Source: Octopus sinensis
Taxonomy: Eukaryota
Direction: 5' to 3'
Assembly (NCBI RefSeq): GCF_006345805.1
Contig: NC_043004.1
Span: 102,486,001 to 102,550,000, forward strand
DNA length: 64,000 bases
Shown here: positions 52,230 through 62,960 of the stretch, one piece after another
Numbering within the stretch: the stretch's first letter is position 1
Layout: each line of letters starts with the position of its first letter
Position numbers and translations under genes: made by a program
Notes under the pieces: model-generated
Seen by the model: only the letters and a program-made list of their open reading frames with translations
Databases searched by the model: none
What the model was told of the DNA's origin: nothing

Positions 52230-53841
52230 TCTCTCTATATATATAAAACTGAGAATGTGTGTGTGTGTCTGTCTGTCTGTGTGTTTCCCTAAAACTTGAG
52301 AACTACACAACCAATTTCATTCAAATTTTACACATGCCTTACTTAGGGTCCAGGGAGTGTCATCGGTAAAAATTTTTTTTAACTTTCTGCCTAGGGCAAG
52401 CCCACAGCAATATCATATCTTCTCCACTACGATTCCCTAAAACTTGAGAACTACGCAACCAATTTCATTCAAATTTTACACATGCCTTACTTAGGGTCCA
52501 TGTAGTTTCATGGGCAAAAAAATGTTCAACTTCTTGCCTAGGGCGAGCTCATAACAATATCATATCTTCTCCACTATTTCAGTATTATGTGTTAAAAGTG
52601 AAACAAAAACATTTCTCTATTTTATGTCAGATACTTTCATTTTAACAATAAAAATTAGAGATAATAATAACAATTGAATTATATGTAGTAAGTAATAATT
52701 AAAATCAAACTAAAGTATAATATAATCGTAACATAACAAAAGTAAAAATAGCAGTTGGTATAAAATTGCATCAATGACTTGAACTTGAATAAGTGGTTTC
52801 ACATGAATGGGAATAAATTAAAAATAAAATTAGCATGCAGAAATGGAATAGTCCAGATGGACTATTATACATAAAGGACTATAGCTTCAACTGTGTACTG
52901 CTTTTTGATTCACAGTAAGGTTTGTTATTATTATTACTGTTTAACTATTGTTATCACGTTTGTTGGTTCCTTGTAAGGGAAACATTGTTGTGTTGCATTT
53001 GTTAAATAATTGTAAACTGTAACCCTCCCCTTTTGGGAGAAGGAGCTTTGGTTATTGTTTAAAAATTGAATTGTGTTCCTGTTTGGGGAAATTGACAATA
53101 TTTTCACCGTTTACACGGAAGCATTTTTGTTAGAATGCCTTCGATAGAAGAAAGTCCAAAAATGAATTTCGCTGCAGCCGTCAGCGGGCGCAAACTCATT
53201 AAAATTAAAATGGAAGAAATACAAACCTATTTCAGATTGATCACCGACAAAGATGGTGAATCTAGGATAACACCACCAAACAAAATAAAAAATTAAATTA
53301 GAGAAAAGACTATTGTCTATAAGGTATACAATATAGAGAAAAAAAAAGATTTGAACACCTGGAGGAAAGCACCATCGAAAAGTGTCTTGGTGCGACTATG
53401 AAAGATATCTAACTAGAGGCAGTAAATTCGCCACAATAGAAGCAAGGTTCGAGTCAACGGAGCATGCAAGGGAATACTTGACTCGAACCTTGAAAAGTGG
53501 AAATATTTTATTTTCACCTTTATATCTGGGACGTAGGACGTCCCAGATAAAAATTTAAAATGTTCCCCCAGAAGTAGAGGTAGGCTGGATTGTAGCCACA
53601 CTTCTATACAAGAGGGAGGACAAGATTCATTTGATCGAAATTGCAAGAGACGGACCTACAATTCCAGTCTGTTATATATTTTGAGTATTGTTATCACTAG
53701 CGATATCAAGATTTAACTTTGTATTTTGCATTTTATGTGTAGATGTATATATATAGATGTACATGTAATATGTACACATATATATACACATATATACATG
53801 CACTAGCACTATGACCCGGCAACGACGGGTCATAATGCTAG
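52230..53841 (+). mobile_element. Non-autonomous Helitron-like element (putative single unit)
   Basis: 5' A|TCTCTCTATATATATAAAA with a (TG)(TCTG) tract and a DINE/Helitron-like core. 3' GC-rich hairpin ATGACCCG-GCAACGA-CGGGTCAT (53811-53833) followed by CTAG|T. A^T insertion site. Confidence 0.65.
53135..53665 (+). pseudogene. Degenerate LINE ORF1 (gag/RRM-like, L1/Tx1-type) N-terminal fragment
   Basis: MPSIEESPKMNFAAAVSGRK...; ...YLTRGSKFATIEARFESTEHAREYLTRTLKSGNILFSPLYLGRRTSQIKI*NVPPEVEVGWIVATLL, with stops and frameshifts. Resembles RRM regions of non-LTR ORF1 proteins; clade not verified. Confidence 0.55.
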
Positions 53842-54179
53842 TATATATATATATATATATATTGTGTGTGTGTGTGCATGTTTCCTTTTCCCTTGACATT
53901 GTGTGATCACAAAAGCATTGTTTCTTCATTTCCAATCTTAAATGCGCACATATCTGGTCATGAGAAAATGTTACCTTACTTGGAAACAGGTTATGGTTGG
54001 CAACAGGAAGGGCATTCAACTATAGAAAATCTGCCTCAACTAATTCTGTCTGACCCATGCAACCGTGGAGAAGTAGGCTTTAAAACGATAGTGAAGAGGA
54101 AAACACTGAGTGGTTTTGGTTTAAAAAGAAAATCTCAGTTTACAGAATTCTACGCATTCAAGTTTACTTGATTCAAGTT

Positions 54180-54690
54180 TACGGGATTCAAGCCTCTTCT
54201 CCTTATCTCCTCAAAGACATACAGCATCTCGAAAGAGTCCAGAAGCTGGCTACCCGCATGGTTCATGGTCTCAAAAATTTGTCCTACAAAGAAAGGCTGT
54301 GGACGCTCGACCTTTATTCTCTTGAAAAACGCCGCCGCCGTGGTGATCTCATTCTCGCCCACAACATCATAAGCGGAAAGTGTAACCTCTCGAAAAAGCT
54401 GTTCTTCACTCCTGCTCCAGAGCGTCGGCTGCGGGGTCATTCCGAAAAGCTCTACCTGCGACGATTTCATCTCAATCGAAGGAGAGGAGCTTTCTCTGTC
54501 CGGGTTGCGGATCTGTGGAACAAGCTGCCAGACGAGATGGTGAAGATGCCGACGACCGCTTTGTTCAAAGCCTCCCTTGACCTCAAGTGGCCTGAACTCT
54601 TTACATGAACACCACCCTGTACTTAACTCCATGTCCCCCTACATGGCCTTGCTATTTGCTTTTGAGCCAAATTAACTAACTAACTAACTT
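54180..54690 (+). mobile_element. CR1-clade LINE, 5'-truncated, RT C-terminus intact in frame
   Basis: ORF 54168-54608 YGIQASSPYLLKDIQHLERVQKLATRMV...LYSLEKRRRRGDLI...RLRGHSEKL...WNKLP. 3' UTR hairpin CCATGT-CCCCT-ACATGG near 54629-54646 and (TAAC)n tail. Confidence 0.92.
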
Positions 54691-56924
54691 TAAAATATTA
54701 TAAGCACATATTTACAAATGTACTCAAATACTGCCAAAGCTGACTTCACCTTTCATTCCTGATGATATATTGTTGTTAGCTATTCATTTTGGTAATGAGT
54801 TGCTTTGATACTTTTGTCATGGTAAACCTTGTTTTGTATAGTAGTAATAAAAGTTAGTTTAAAGCTCTGTATTGCATCACAGGTGTAATAAATATCAAAT
54901 GTGCTAATATAATGTTTATCTATACATTCTTTTAACTGTTGGTCTCACATATAAATATAATATTGATTTCTTTCAGTATGGCAGATTGCCAATTTCTTTA
55001 GTGAGAAAAATGCAGTCGATTAGTATATTACTGAGCACTAATTTTATCACCTCATCTGGATTTGAATTCAAAGCTACTGTTATATATCTAGAAATCAGTA
55101 ACCTGAAGGTAGTGTATTATAAGCTACTTGTATACCCTTAAGCCAAAGAGAGAGCTTTCATATGATTGTTCAACTTGCTGGAAATAGCAGTTAAATCTTC
55201 CTCGAAAAGTATGCTACTGTCTTTAAAAATGGGAGGGTGATGTATTTATTGATACACTACCTAAACAAAAAAAAAAATTCAAGACTGATCTTTGATCATG
55301 TTTTCTGCTCAACAACTTGCATACCCCTTTCACTGATACAGTTATCTGTAACTTTGTTGTTCAAACTAAATAAAATAGCTTTAAAATATACCATTTAACA
55401 CCTATTAACTATATGTATATAAACTTAAGGTAGCCTTGTATAAATGAAGTGTTAAATGTGCCTGTTCCACATTTTACGAATATTCTTGCTACACAATACC
55501 ACTCCTGTTTCTACCTTTTTACTTCATTAATGTAATCTTTTATACTTACTTATTTTCATTTTGGGTAAATACCCATATAATTTCTCAAATTTGACTCGTA
55601 TTTAAAACTCTATAAATCTTGTTAGAGTTGAGTTATTCTTAAAGAAACCTCGGCAAGCAGGTGAAAAGGAGGAATTGTTGAGAATAAGGCCATTTAAGAG
55701 TTGTTTCAGATTTGTATCATAATTATTGTGGTATTTTGCAGTTTCATAATGCTGATTTATTCACTTCTATATAATTCAGGTGTATAAAATATAGTCTTTG
55801 TTGATACTTTTTTTTTTCTTTTTTGTAAGCTTATACAGACGTATATATAAACGCACGCACACAAGCACACATATATAAGTGACTAGTTTTTTATGTGTGC
55901 ACATCTATGAAATATTCTTTTCACTACCTTGAAAGACATTCTCTGAAATAACTTTTAGATGACTGACTATTTTGAAAAACTACGGAGTTAACATAATACT
56001 CAAGCATTTTATTTGCATTTTGTATAAAAAGTATTTACTATATTTGATGGCATAAAAGATGCACGGGCATATTAAACACACCCCAATTTCAGCAAGCCCA
56101 TTAAGAAAGAAAAATCTTTTGTGCATTAAAGCATATAATATAGGCCTAACTTTGCATATACAACCCAGGGCGGTTTTCTTTCTTTTTTTTGTTTGTGGTG
56201 GGGAATGAAAGTTATATAACATAAAATACAGTATGCATAATATTTGAAAATATGTGTTATCAAATTGACTAATGAAAATACAGTTATGTATAAAACTACT
56301 TCAACAAACATGGGTTTGTGAAAATTAAATATCTTGAACTTTGGTTATTTAAGACAGAAAGAAAAAAGAACATTATTATTATGGAACAGTGTTTTGGTTA
56401 ATTGTTAATTATTATAGTGCTTACGTTTTGTATACCCCCCTCCCCCGTACACACATGAACCAGCATTAATGAATGCTAATCAGTTGATTATCAAGACTTA
56501 GAAGGGAATCATTTCTCTGTTGACTTCCTTCAAGATACATCAGTTTTCATGTCATTCTTTCAATACTAAACTGCCAATGACCACACTTGTTCTGATAATA
56601 TCAATTTGATATCATGGGATTCTTTCTGACCATGTCTGTAATTTCTAATCAATAGACCTTTGTGGAACTCCTGTACCAAATTTGCAGGCTATTTTCTTCT
56701 CTTTGGCTTTCCGTCTTTGGTGATATATATTTCCATTGCTCTTAAAGTAACATTAATACCTGTGGTTGCTTGGTCTACTAGAAATAGCAGCCAAATCTCT
56801 CTCAAATCACATCCTACCATTTTAAAAGGAAGGTCACATTAGATAGTGTAGCCTGTTGGAGACCCAAAAATGGGAAGATCTTCTGATTACTGAAAGCAAA
56901 ATCATTATTACTCTAAAAATAGTG

Positions 56925-57240
56925 AACTAGTAGAATCAGTAGAGCATCAAGGGAAAAAATGTTTTGCAGTAATTTTTCCGGTTCTCTCTACCTTCTGAGT
57001 CTAAATCATACTGAGATCAACTTTGCCTTTCATCCTTTTTGGGTTGATGAAATACCATCCAGTAAAGTACTGAGATAGATGATATCAGCTAACCTCTTTA
57101 TGATCTGTGTTCAAATACTATCAAAGCCAATTTTGTCATTCATTCAGTATCAGCCAAGTACTGGGGTCATGTAATTGACAAACCCTACTCTCCCTAAAAT
57201 TGCTGACCTTGTGCCAAAATTTCAAGTCATTATTTGTTAT
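56925..57240 (+). mobile_element. SINE family B, degenerate
   Basis: TTCTGAGTCTAAAT...ATCAACTTTGCCTTTCATCCTTTT core. Confidence 0.6.
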
Positions 57241-58007
57241 TTCTTTCCTTTTTATCTTTTTCGTACAAGCTCATAAATCCTCCGTTTGGAAGGAAAATAT
57301 CTTTAGTTTATTGAGGTGATATTGTTTGTATTAGGCAAGGCCATTGAGTGCAAAGTTTGCTGTACCTTGGTTACCTTGTGCATAAAATAGTACTGATTGC
57401 TCTTTTAGAATTGAGTACTTGTCAAAGATAATGTCAACCCTCCTTTTCCTTAGATACTTTTCTCTTTTTTTTTTCTACTGTTTTACTGCTGATAGTTAAT
57501 CTGTGTTAATCTTTTGAGACACAAACACCTATCCTGTACAATATACTTTTGTTCATTCTATTAAGATCCTTATCCGGGCTTTAACACTTCAATCATGGTG
57601 ACTTGCTAAACTGCCATAAATCCCAGAGGATCAAGTTGTGCTCTATATTGCCTTAGTTAAACTGGTTCTTATCTGATTCCAAGATTACAAAACTATTTTC
57701 CAGCATGCGTATTGAACTTAAGTTAAATCTAACGGAGACTAATAACTATTACAAGTAGATGCTTAAGTGCTTCAATTTAAATTTGGCCATAAATATTTTA
57801 GTTGAATGACTTTCTCCATTAATTACTGATTGCCTGTAATATGACTTTGTAACTTTAGAACATGTATCTCTTGCTAGCATTCTTTATATGGACATTATAA
57901 ATTAATCTGTAATACTATTTTTCTTGTACATTAATTGATCTTCTTGTACATTGTATAATTTTTAAAAATTCTTCTCTTTTTCCTCATTATTATTATTATT
58001 ATTATTA

Positions 58008-58440
58008 AAGCAGTGAGCTGGCAGAGTCATTAGCTCGTCAGACAAAATGCTTAGTGGCATTTCGTCTGTCGTTTCTTTCTGAGTTCAAATGCTGCCAAAG
58101 TTGACTTTGCCTTTCATCCTTTCAGGGCTGATAAAATAAGTACCAGTTGAACATTGAGGTCTATGTAACTGAGTAGCCCCCTCCCCTCAAATTTCAGGTC
58201 TTATACCTATTGTAGAAAGTGTTGGCAGAATCGTTAGCATGGCGGGCATAATGTTTAGTGGTATTTTGTCCATGTTTGCATTCTGAGTTCAAATTCCGCT
58301 GAAGTCAACTTTGCCTTTCATCCTTCTGAGATGGATAAAATAAGTACCAGTTGAGCACTGGGGTCAATGTAATTAACTTACACCTTCCCCTGAAATCACT
58401 GGCTTTGTGCCTGCATTTGAAACCATTGTTGTTATTATTA
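58008..58440 (+). mobile_element. Two tandem SINE family B copies
   Basis: Each has a TGGCAGA..CATTAG head, TGAGTTCAAAT B-box-like motif and GACTTTGCCTTTCATCC...GATAAAATAAGTACCAGTTG core. Flanked by (ATT)n. Confidence 0.8.
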
Positions 58441-58884
58441 TTATTCAGCAAAAGCTATTATACAGTAATTTAATAAGCAAGGATCATCTTGAGGTTTGGT
58501 TGACAAGTCTCTTCAAACCTCAGGAATCTTTCTTATGATTCATGCAGAATACAGGATGATGCTTTTCTGCCTGTTGACAATATGTCTTAATTTCAGTATC
58601 CTTCAGTCCTTTTGGTAGCATTTTAAGTGTTGTGCTGTCACCTTTGAGCTCTGCAATCATTTCAACTCACTGGTTTGGTCTTGATATTTCTCCATTTTCA
58701 CTATTATCACATGGTATTGCAAAGTCAATGATCTATGAATTATTTTTACAAAACCCAAATTTGATGATATTACACCTTCTCCTAATTTTTATTAATTCAT
58801 AGGCATACACTTTTATTATTGTAGTTATATCAGTTATGCAGTGTGCTAGTAATTTTTATTTATTGTTTATCAGAGGAGGGGAAC

Positions 58885-59249
58885 TTTTAACGTGCCACCG
58901 GCACGGAAGCCAGCCAAGGCAGCGCTGGCAATGGCCACGTTCAGAAAAAGCACCATCCGAACATGGCCGTTGCCAGCGCCGCCTTGGCTGGATTCTGTGC
59001 CGGTGGCACATTAAAAGCTCCAACCGATCGTGGCCGATGCCGGACCCCCCTGGCACCTGTGCAGGTGGCACGTAAAAAGCACCCACTACACTCGCGGAGT
59101 GGTTGGCGTTAGGAAGGGCATCCAGCTGTAGAAACTCTGCCAGATCAGACTGGAGCCTGGTGCAGCCCCTGGCTTCCCAGACCCTGGTCGAACCGTCCAA
59201 CCCGTGCTAGCGCGGAAAACGGACGTTAAACGATGATGATGATGATGAT
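58885..59249 (+). mobile_element. RTE LINE 3' UTR fragment with inverted 5' segment
   Basis: 58885-58942 is the reverse complement of a UTR unit. The remainder is in sense orientation with a (GAT)n tail. Confidence 0.85.
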
Positions 59250-59633
59250 GGAGGCAGGTGCACATGACCCTTTTTCAGGTTCTCCAAAATTTGTGGTAGG
59301 AAGAGAAGAAAGAGAAAAGTTTTACTCAGGCTAGATATCCAGATTGAATGCTTGTAACAGAATGGACTCCATTAAAGGTACCCAAGGACTGGCTGATGAC
59401 ATTTAGCTGACCAGCTGACATGACTTGGCTTATTCTGACTCATTCTATATAGGAACCACCTTTCTATAATTGTTGATTAACTGAAGTTTATAGGCAGTTT
59501 TCTCATTAGAAATATAGTTGTGAAAAGATAAATACAAAATTGTACAATCAAGTCTAGTCTAACCCAGAGTTGTAGCATCTGCCAAGGTTTTAGCTATAGG
59601 TTAATTAGCATGTTGTGGAATTACCTCTGCAAG

Positions 59634-59666
59634 AAAACCTCTCCCAGACACCCCAACAGACCCAAG
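59634..59666 (+). CDS. Candidate 33-nt exon encoding a PxxP motif
   Basis: CCTCTGCAAG|A AAA CCT CTC CCA GAC ACC CCA ACA GAC CCA AG|GTAGGTAAG gives (R)KPLPDTPTDP. An alternative acceptor at 59608 is in the same frame. Confidence 0.3.
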
Positions 59667-60851
59667 GTAGGTAAGGCCCCTCAGCGCTTTAGCTGCTCAT
59701 CTAAGAAAAAGTAACATACAGATCCTGCATCTTGATAACTGCTGAGCTTGTGACATTTGAAGAACGAGAGATTGGGACTGGGTCTACACAACCCACTGCA
59801 CAGATCCCAACTGTTGTAATAATATTTGTGATAACATATTCATATTCCAATTAAAATGTCTTAGGCGATTTAGTGAGGTGGCTATTGTCTTTCATTAGAC
59901 TCATTGAATGTTTGCTGCTTTCTGTATTTTTATTCTTTTTCATTCTTTCCAAATGATTTCCTGTATTCTTATTCTCTCACTGGTTTCACTAATTTTGACT
60001 GTTATTGTGCCAGGAAACACCTTTAGCAGATTTAGTCAATTTTATCTCCACTACTTATTATGGTGATCTTTATTTTATCAATTGGCTAAGGTACCGATTT
60101 GACACCACACTGGTTATTTTTAAGTATTGGTGGTGGTATGTGAGTCATGTAAACAGAAATATGGACACACATATGTTGGACTTCAGCACAGTTTCTGGCT
60201 ATCAAATTCTATTTCCATGTTATTGATAGTAAAAGACACCCAATGTGCTGTTCAGTGGGGGGGATTGTAAAACCACAAGGTTGTATGGTTAACTTCTTAA
60301 CTACAAGTTGTGTATGTTTTAGTTTTTCATTCTTGGATATTAATTTATTCTCCTTTATGCTCCCCCACCACTTACCCCACTGTGACTATTATGAATTTGT
60401 ATATGAGTTTTCTATTTAACTGGTGACATTAATAAATATAGATTACCACTCAGATATTTCCAAGACTAAATGGAGAGTAAGTTTATAAAAGATGATTTAT
60501 CATATCACTTTATCTATTAGTTAACTATTTATTCCATTTATAATATGTAAATAATAAAATGCTGATGTGTACCACTTAAAATAATCAATAGATTATTTGC
60601 CTGTCACTGTGTGTTGTAGAAAAAAAAAAAAACAATTGTTTGTGAATCACTCCATGTCATTTGGTGCAGTTTTGTTTTTATCTTTTTGTATATGTCACAT
60701 TTTTGATTTACAACTACACAAGGTTAAGACTGCTTGGTTTCACCTAGTGTTACAAGTTCACAAATCAAACAGTAGCTTTATGAAGCTAGCTTGCCAGCAA
60801 ATTATTTGGTATATCTTTTAATTCACCATTATTTGTCTTATCTCTAAAAAG

Positions 60852-61135
60852 TTATCATCATCATTCTTTTAACTTGGGTTTTGTTGGAACGCCTGGAATC
60901 TTGCATAAGTAGCTGGCTTGCTACCTGCAGTCTACGGCACCATGCTTTTTGTTCTCTTCAATTATCAGATACTTTCCTGATGATTCTGGCCATGGAATCA
61001 TCAGGCTTAGGAGACAAACTTTTTACCACAGCCCTATTGGGCATTCTATTCCCATTTCCTTTATGTTCCTCTCAATATCTGTTGATATTGTCCCCAACAA
61101 CAATCAGCACTATCTTCACCTTTTCCATCCTCCAC
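60852..61135 (-). mobile_element. R4/Dong-like RLE-type non-LTR element, 3' end remnant
   Basis: Minus-strand WRMEKVKIVLIVVG..GTISTDIERNIKEMGIECPIGL..KVCLL...ARIIRKVSDN*, the C-terminus typical of restriction-like-endonuclease LINEs. Short UTR and (GAT) tail. Confidence 0.7.
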
Positions 61136-61186
61136 ATTCAGAAAGTCATCCAGCTATAGAAACTATACCAAAACAAACAATTAGAG

Positions 61187-61290
61187 CCAGGTGCAGCTCT
61201 CCAGTTTGCCAGATCCTGTCAAACCATCCAAACCATCCAAACCATCCAACCCATGCCAGTATGGAAAACTGTTGTTAAATGATGATGATG
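61187..61290 (+). mobile_element. RTE 3' tail fragment
   Basis: CCATGCCAGTATGGAAAA...TTAAAT(GAT)n with a 9-bp AACCATCCA triplication. Confidence 0.75.
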
Positions 61291-61507
61291 TATACATCTA
61301 CTTTCTCACCTTCCTTCAACAATCCATAGGTCAAATAGGTTTGCAACATCAGTTATAGAGCACTTGTGATCTACATTGTCCATTGCCACTAAGTCCAGTT
61401 TGTTGTGCTCAAGCAAGTACCAGCTGAGTGCTGGTACTTATTTCAAACCTTGTATCTATAATAGATAGAATTATTATTATCATTACTATTATTATTATTA
61501 TTATTGA

Positions 61508-61705
61508 TAGGGCAGCAAATGGACAGAATCACTATTAGAGAAAATCCTAATAGCATTTCTTCCCTTCTTTACATTCTTAGTTCAAGTCATGCTGAGGTCA
61601 ACTTTACTTTGATCAATAAAGTTGAGTACTGTGATTGATGTAATTAACTTAACCATCCTCTCAGAATTGCTGGCGTTGTGCTAAATTTTGAGAGAATTAC
61701 TATTA
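61508..61705 (+). mobile_element. SINE family B, degenerate
   Basis: Preceded by (ATT)n and shares the B-family core. Confidence 0.6.
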
Positions 61706-62053
61706 TTGTTATTGTCATAAGTTGTTTTATTCCATAGTTTTGACAGCAACAGCCATTGTTGTAAGTACCTCATTGACCAAGACCAAACTTTCTCTCTGGA
61801 AATACAGGGTCTGACAGTGCACTAAATAAAATTCCCTATCCAGCTCATCAGAAGGAGCAATCTGCTGTGATATTTTGATGTACAAACCCACCAAACTAAC
61901 CAATGCATACTGCAGTGGTAGAGAAATAGTCATTGTATTTACTTAATTACTTAAACTAGTTTTTATCATTTTAGAATAGTCATATTTTGAGCATTGGGCC
62001 TCACGGAGATAAGGTGGCCAACGCCAGTGGCACAGGAAAAGCACCTTTCGAGT

Positions 62054-62366
62054 GTTGGGCCTCACAGAAGCAATGGCAAATGACTGAGATCTTTGGCATT
62101 ATTTCATGCTTGAGAAGACCCATCAAGCCAAATAAAATTGCAGTTGTGACAGATACTGGTGTCATGCAAATTGCACCCATGCCGGTGGCACATAAAAGCA
62201 CCCATTATACTCTCAGAATAGCTGGCATTAGGAAGGGCATCCAGCTATAGAAACCATGCCAAATCAGACTGGAGTTTGGTGCAGCCTTCCAGCTTACCAG
62301 CCCTGGTTAAATCGTCCAACCCATGCCAGCATGGACAATGGATGCTAAATGATGATGGTGATGATT
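62054..62366 (+). mobile_element. RTE LINE 3' end with last ORF codons
   Basis: LGLTEAMAND*DLWHYFMLEKTHQAK*, then one stem-loop unit, the UTR and a (GAT)n tail. Confidence 0.8.
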
Positions 62367-62581
62367 AATCATATTTTTCCCATTTAGTATCAATGGGTTT
62401 TTTTTTAATGATAATTGGACAGTTCATCTCTGTTGAGAAGCCTGTAATATTATTCCAGCACATTAATGTTTGGTTCAAATGTTCTGAATAGTTTCAAATT
62501 TTCCTGGCAACATTTTTGGTAGATGTGTTGGTGATGGTAGGGAATTTGTCCCTGTTAATCACACTTTACAAGGAGGGTAAA

Positions 62582-62960
62582 CATCATCATCATCATCATC
62601 ATCGTTTAGCGTCTGTTTTCCATGCTAGCATGGGTTGGACGGTTCAACTGGGGTCTGTGAAGCTGGAAGGCTTCGTCAGGCCCAGTCAGATCTGGCAGTG
62701 TTTCTACGGCTGGATGCCCTTCCTAACGCCAACCACTCCGCGAGTGTAGTGGGTGTTTTTTACGTGCCACCTGCACAGGTGCCAGACAGAGCTGACGAAC
62801 GGATGGTGCTTTTACGTGTCACCGGCACGGGGCCAGGCGATGCTGGCAACGGACACGAACGGATGGTGCTTTTACGTGCCACCGACACGGGGACAGACAG
62901 AGCTGGCAACCGGCCACGAACGGACGGTGCTTTTACGTGTCACCGGCACGGGGGCCAGCC
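62582..62960 (-). mobile_element. RTE LINE 3' UTR fragment with four stem-loop units
   Basis: (CAT)n tail and four GGTG(C/T)TTTTACGTG(C/T)CACC units. Confidence 0.9.

Noticed and set aside
54168-54608. 146-aa ORF as a host gene
   Set aside because: It is the C-terminus of a CR1 reverse transcriptase. It starts at a TTG created by the insertion junction.
60014-60090. 77-nt candidate exon (ETPLADLVNFISTTYYGDLYFINWLR)
   Set aside because: Only moderate splice signals, phase incompatible with the preceding 59666 donor, and no recognised homology.
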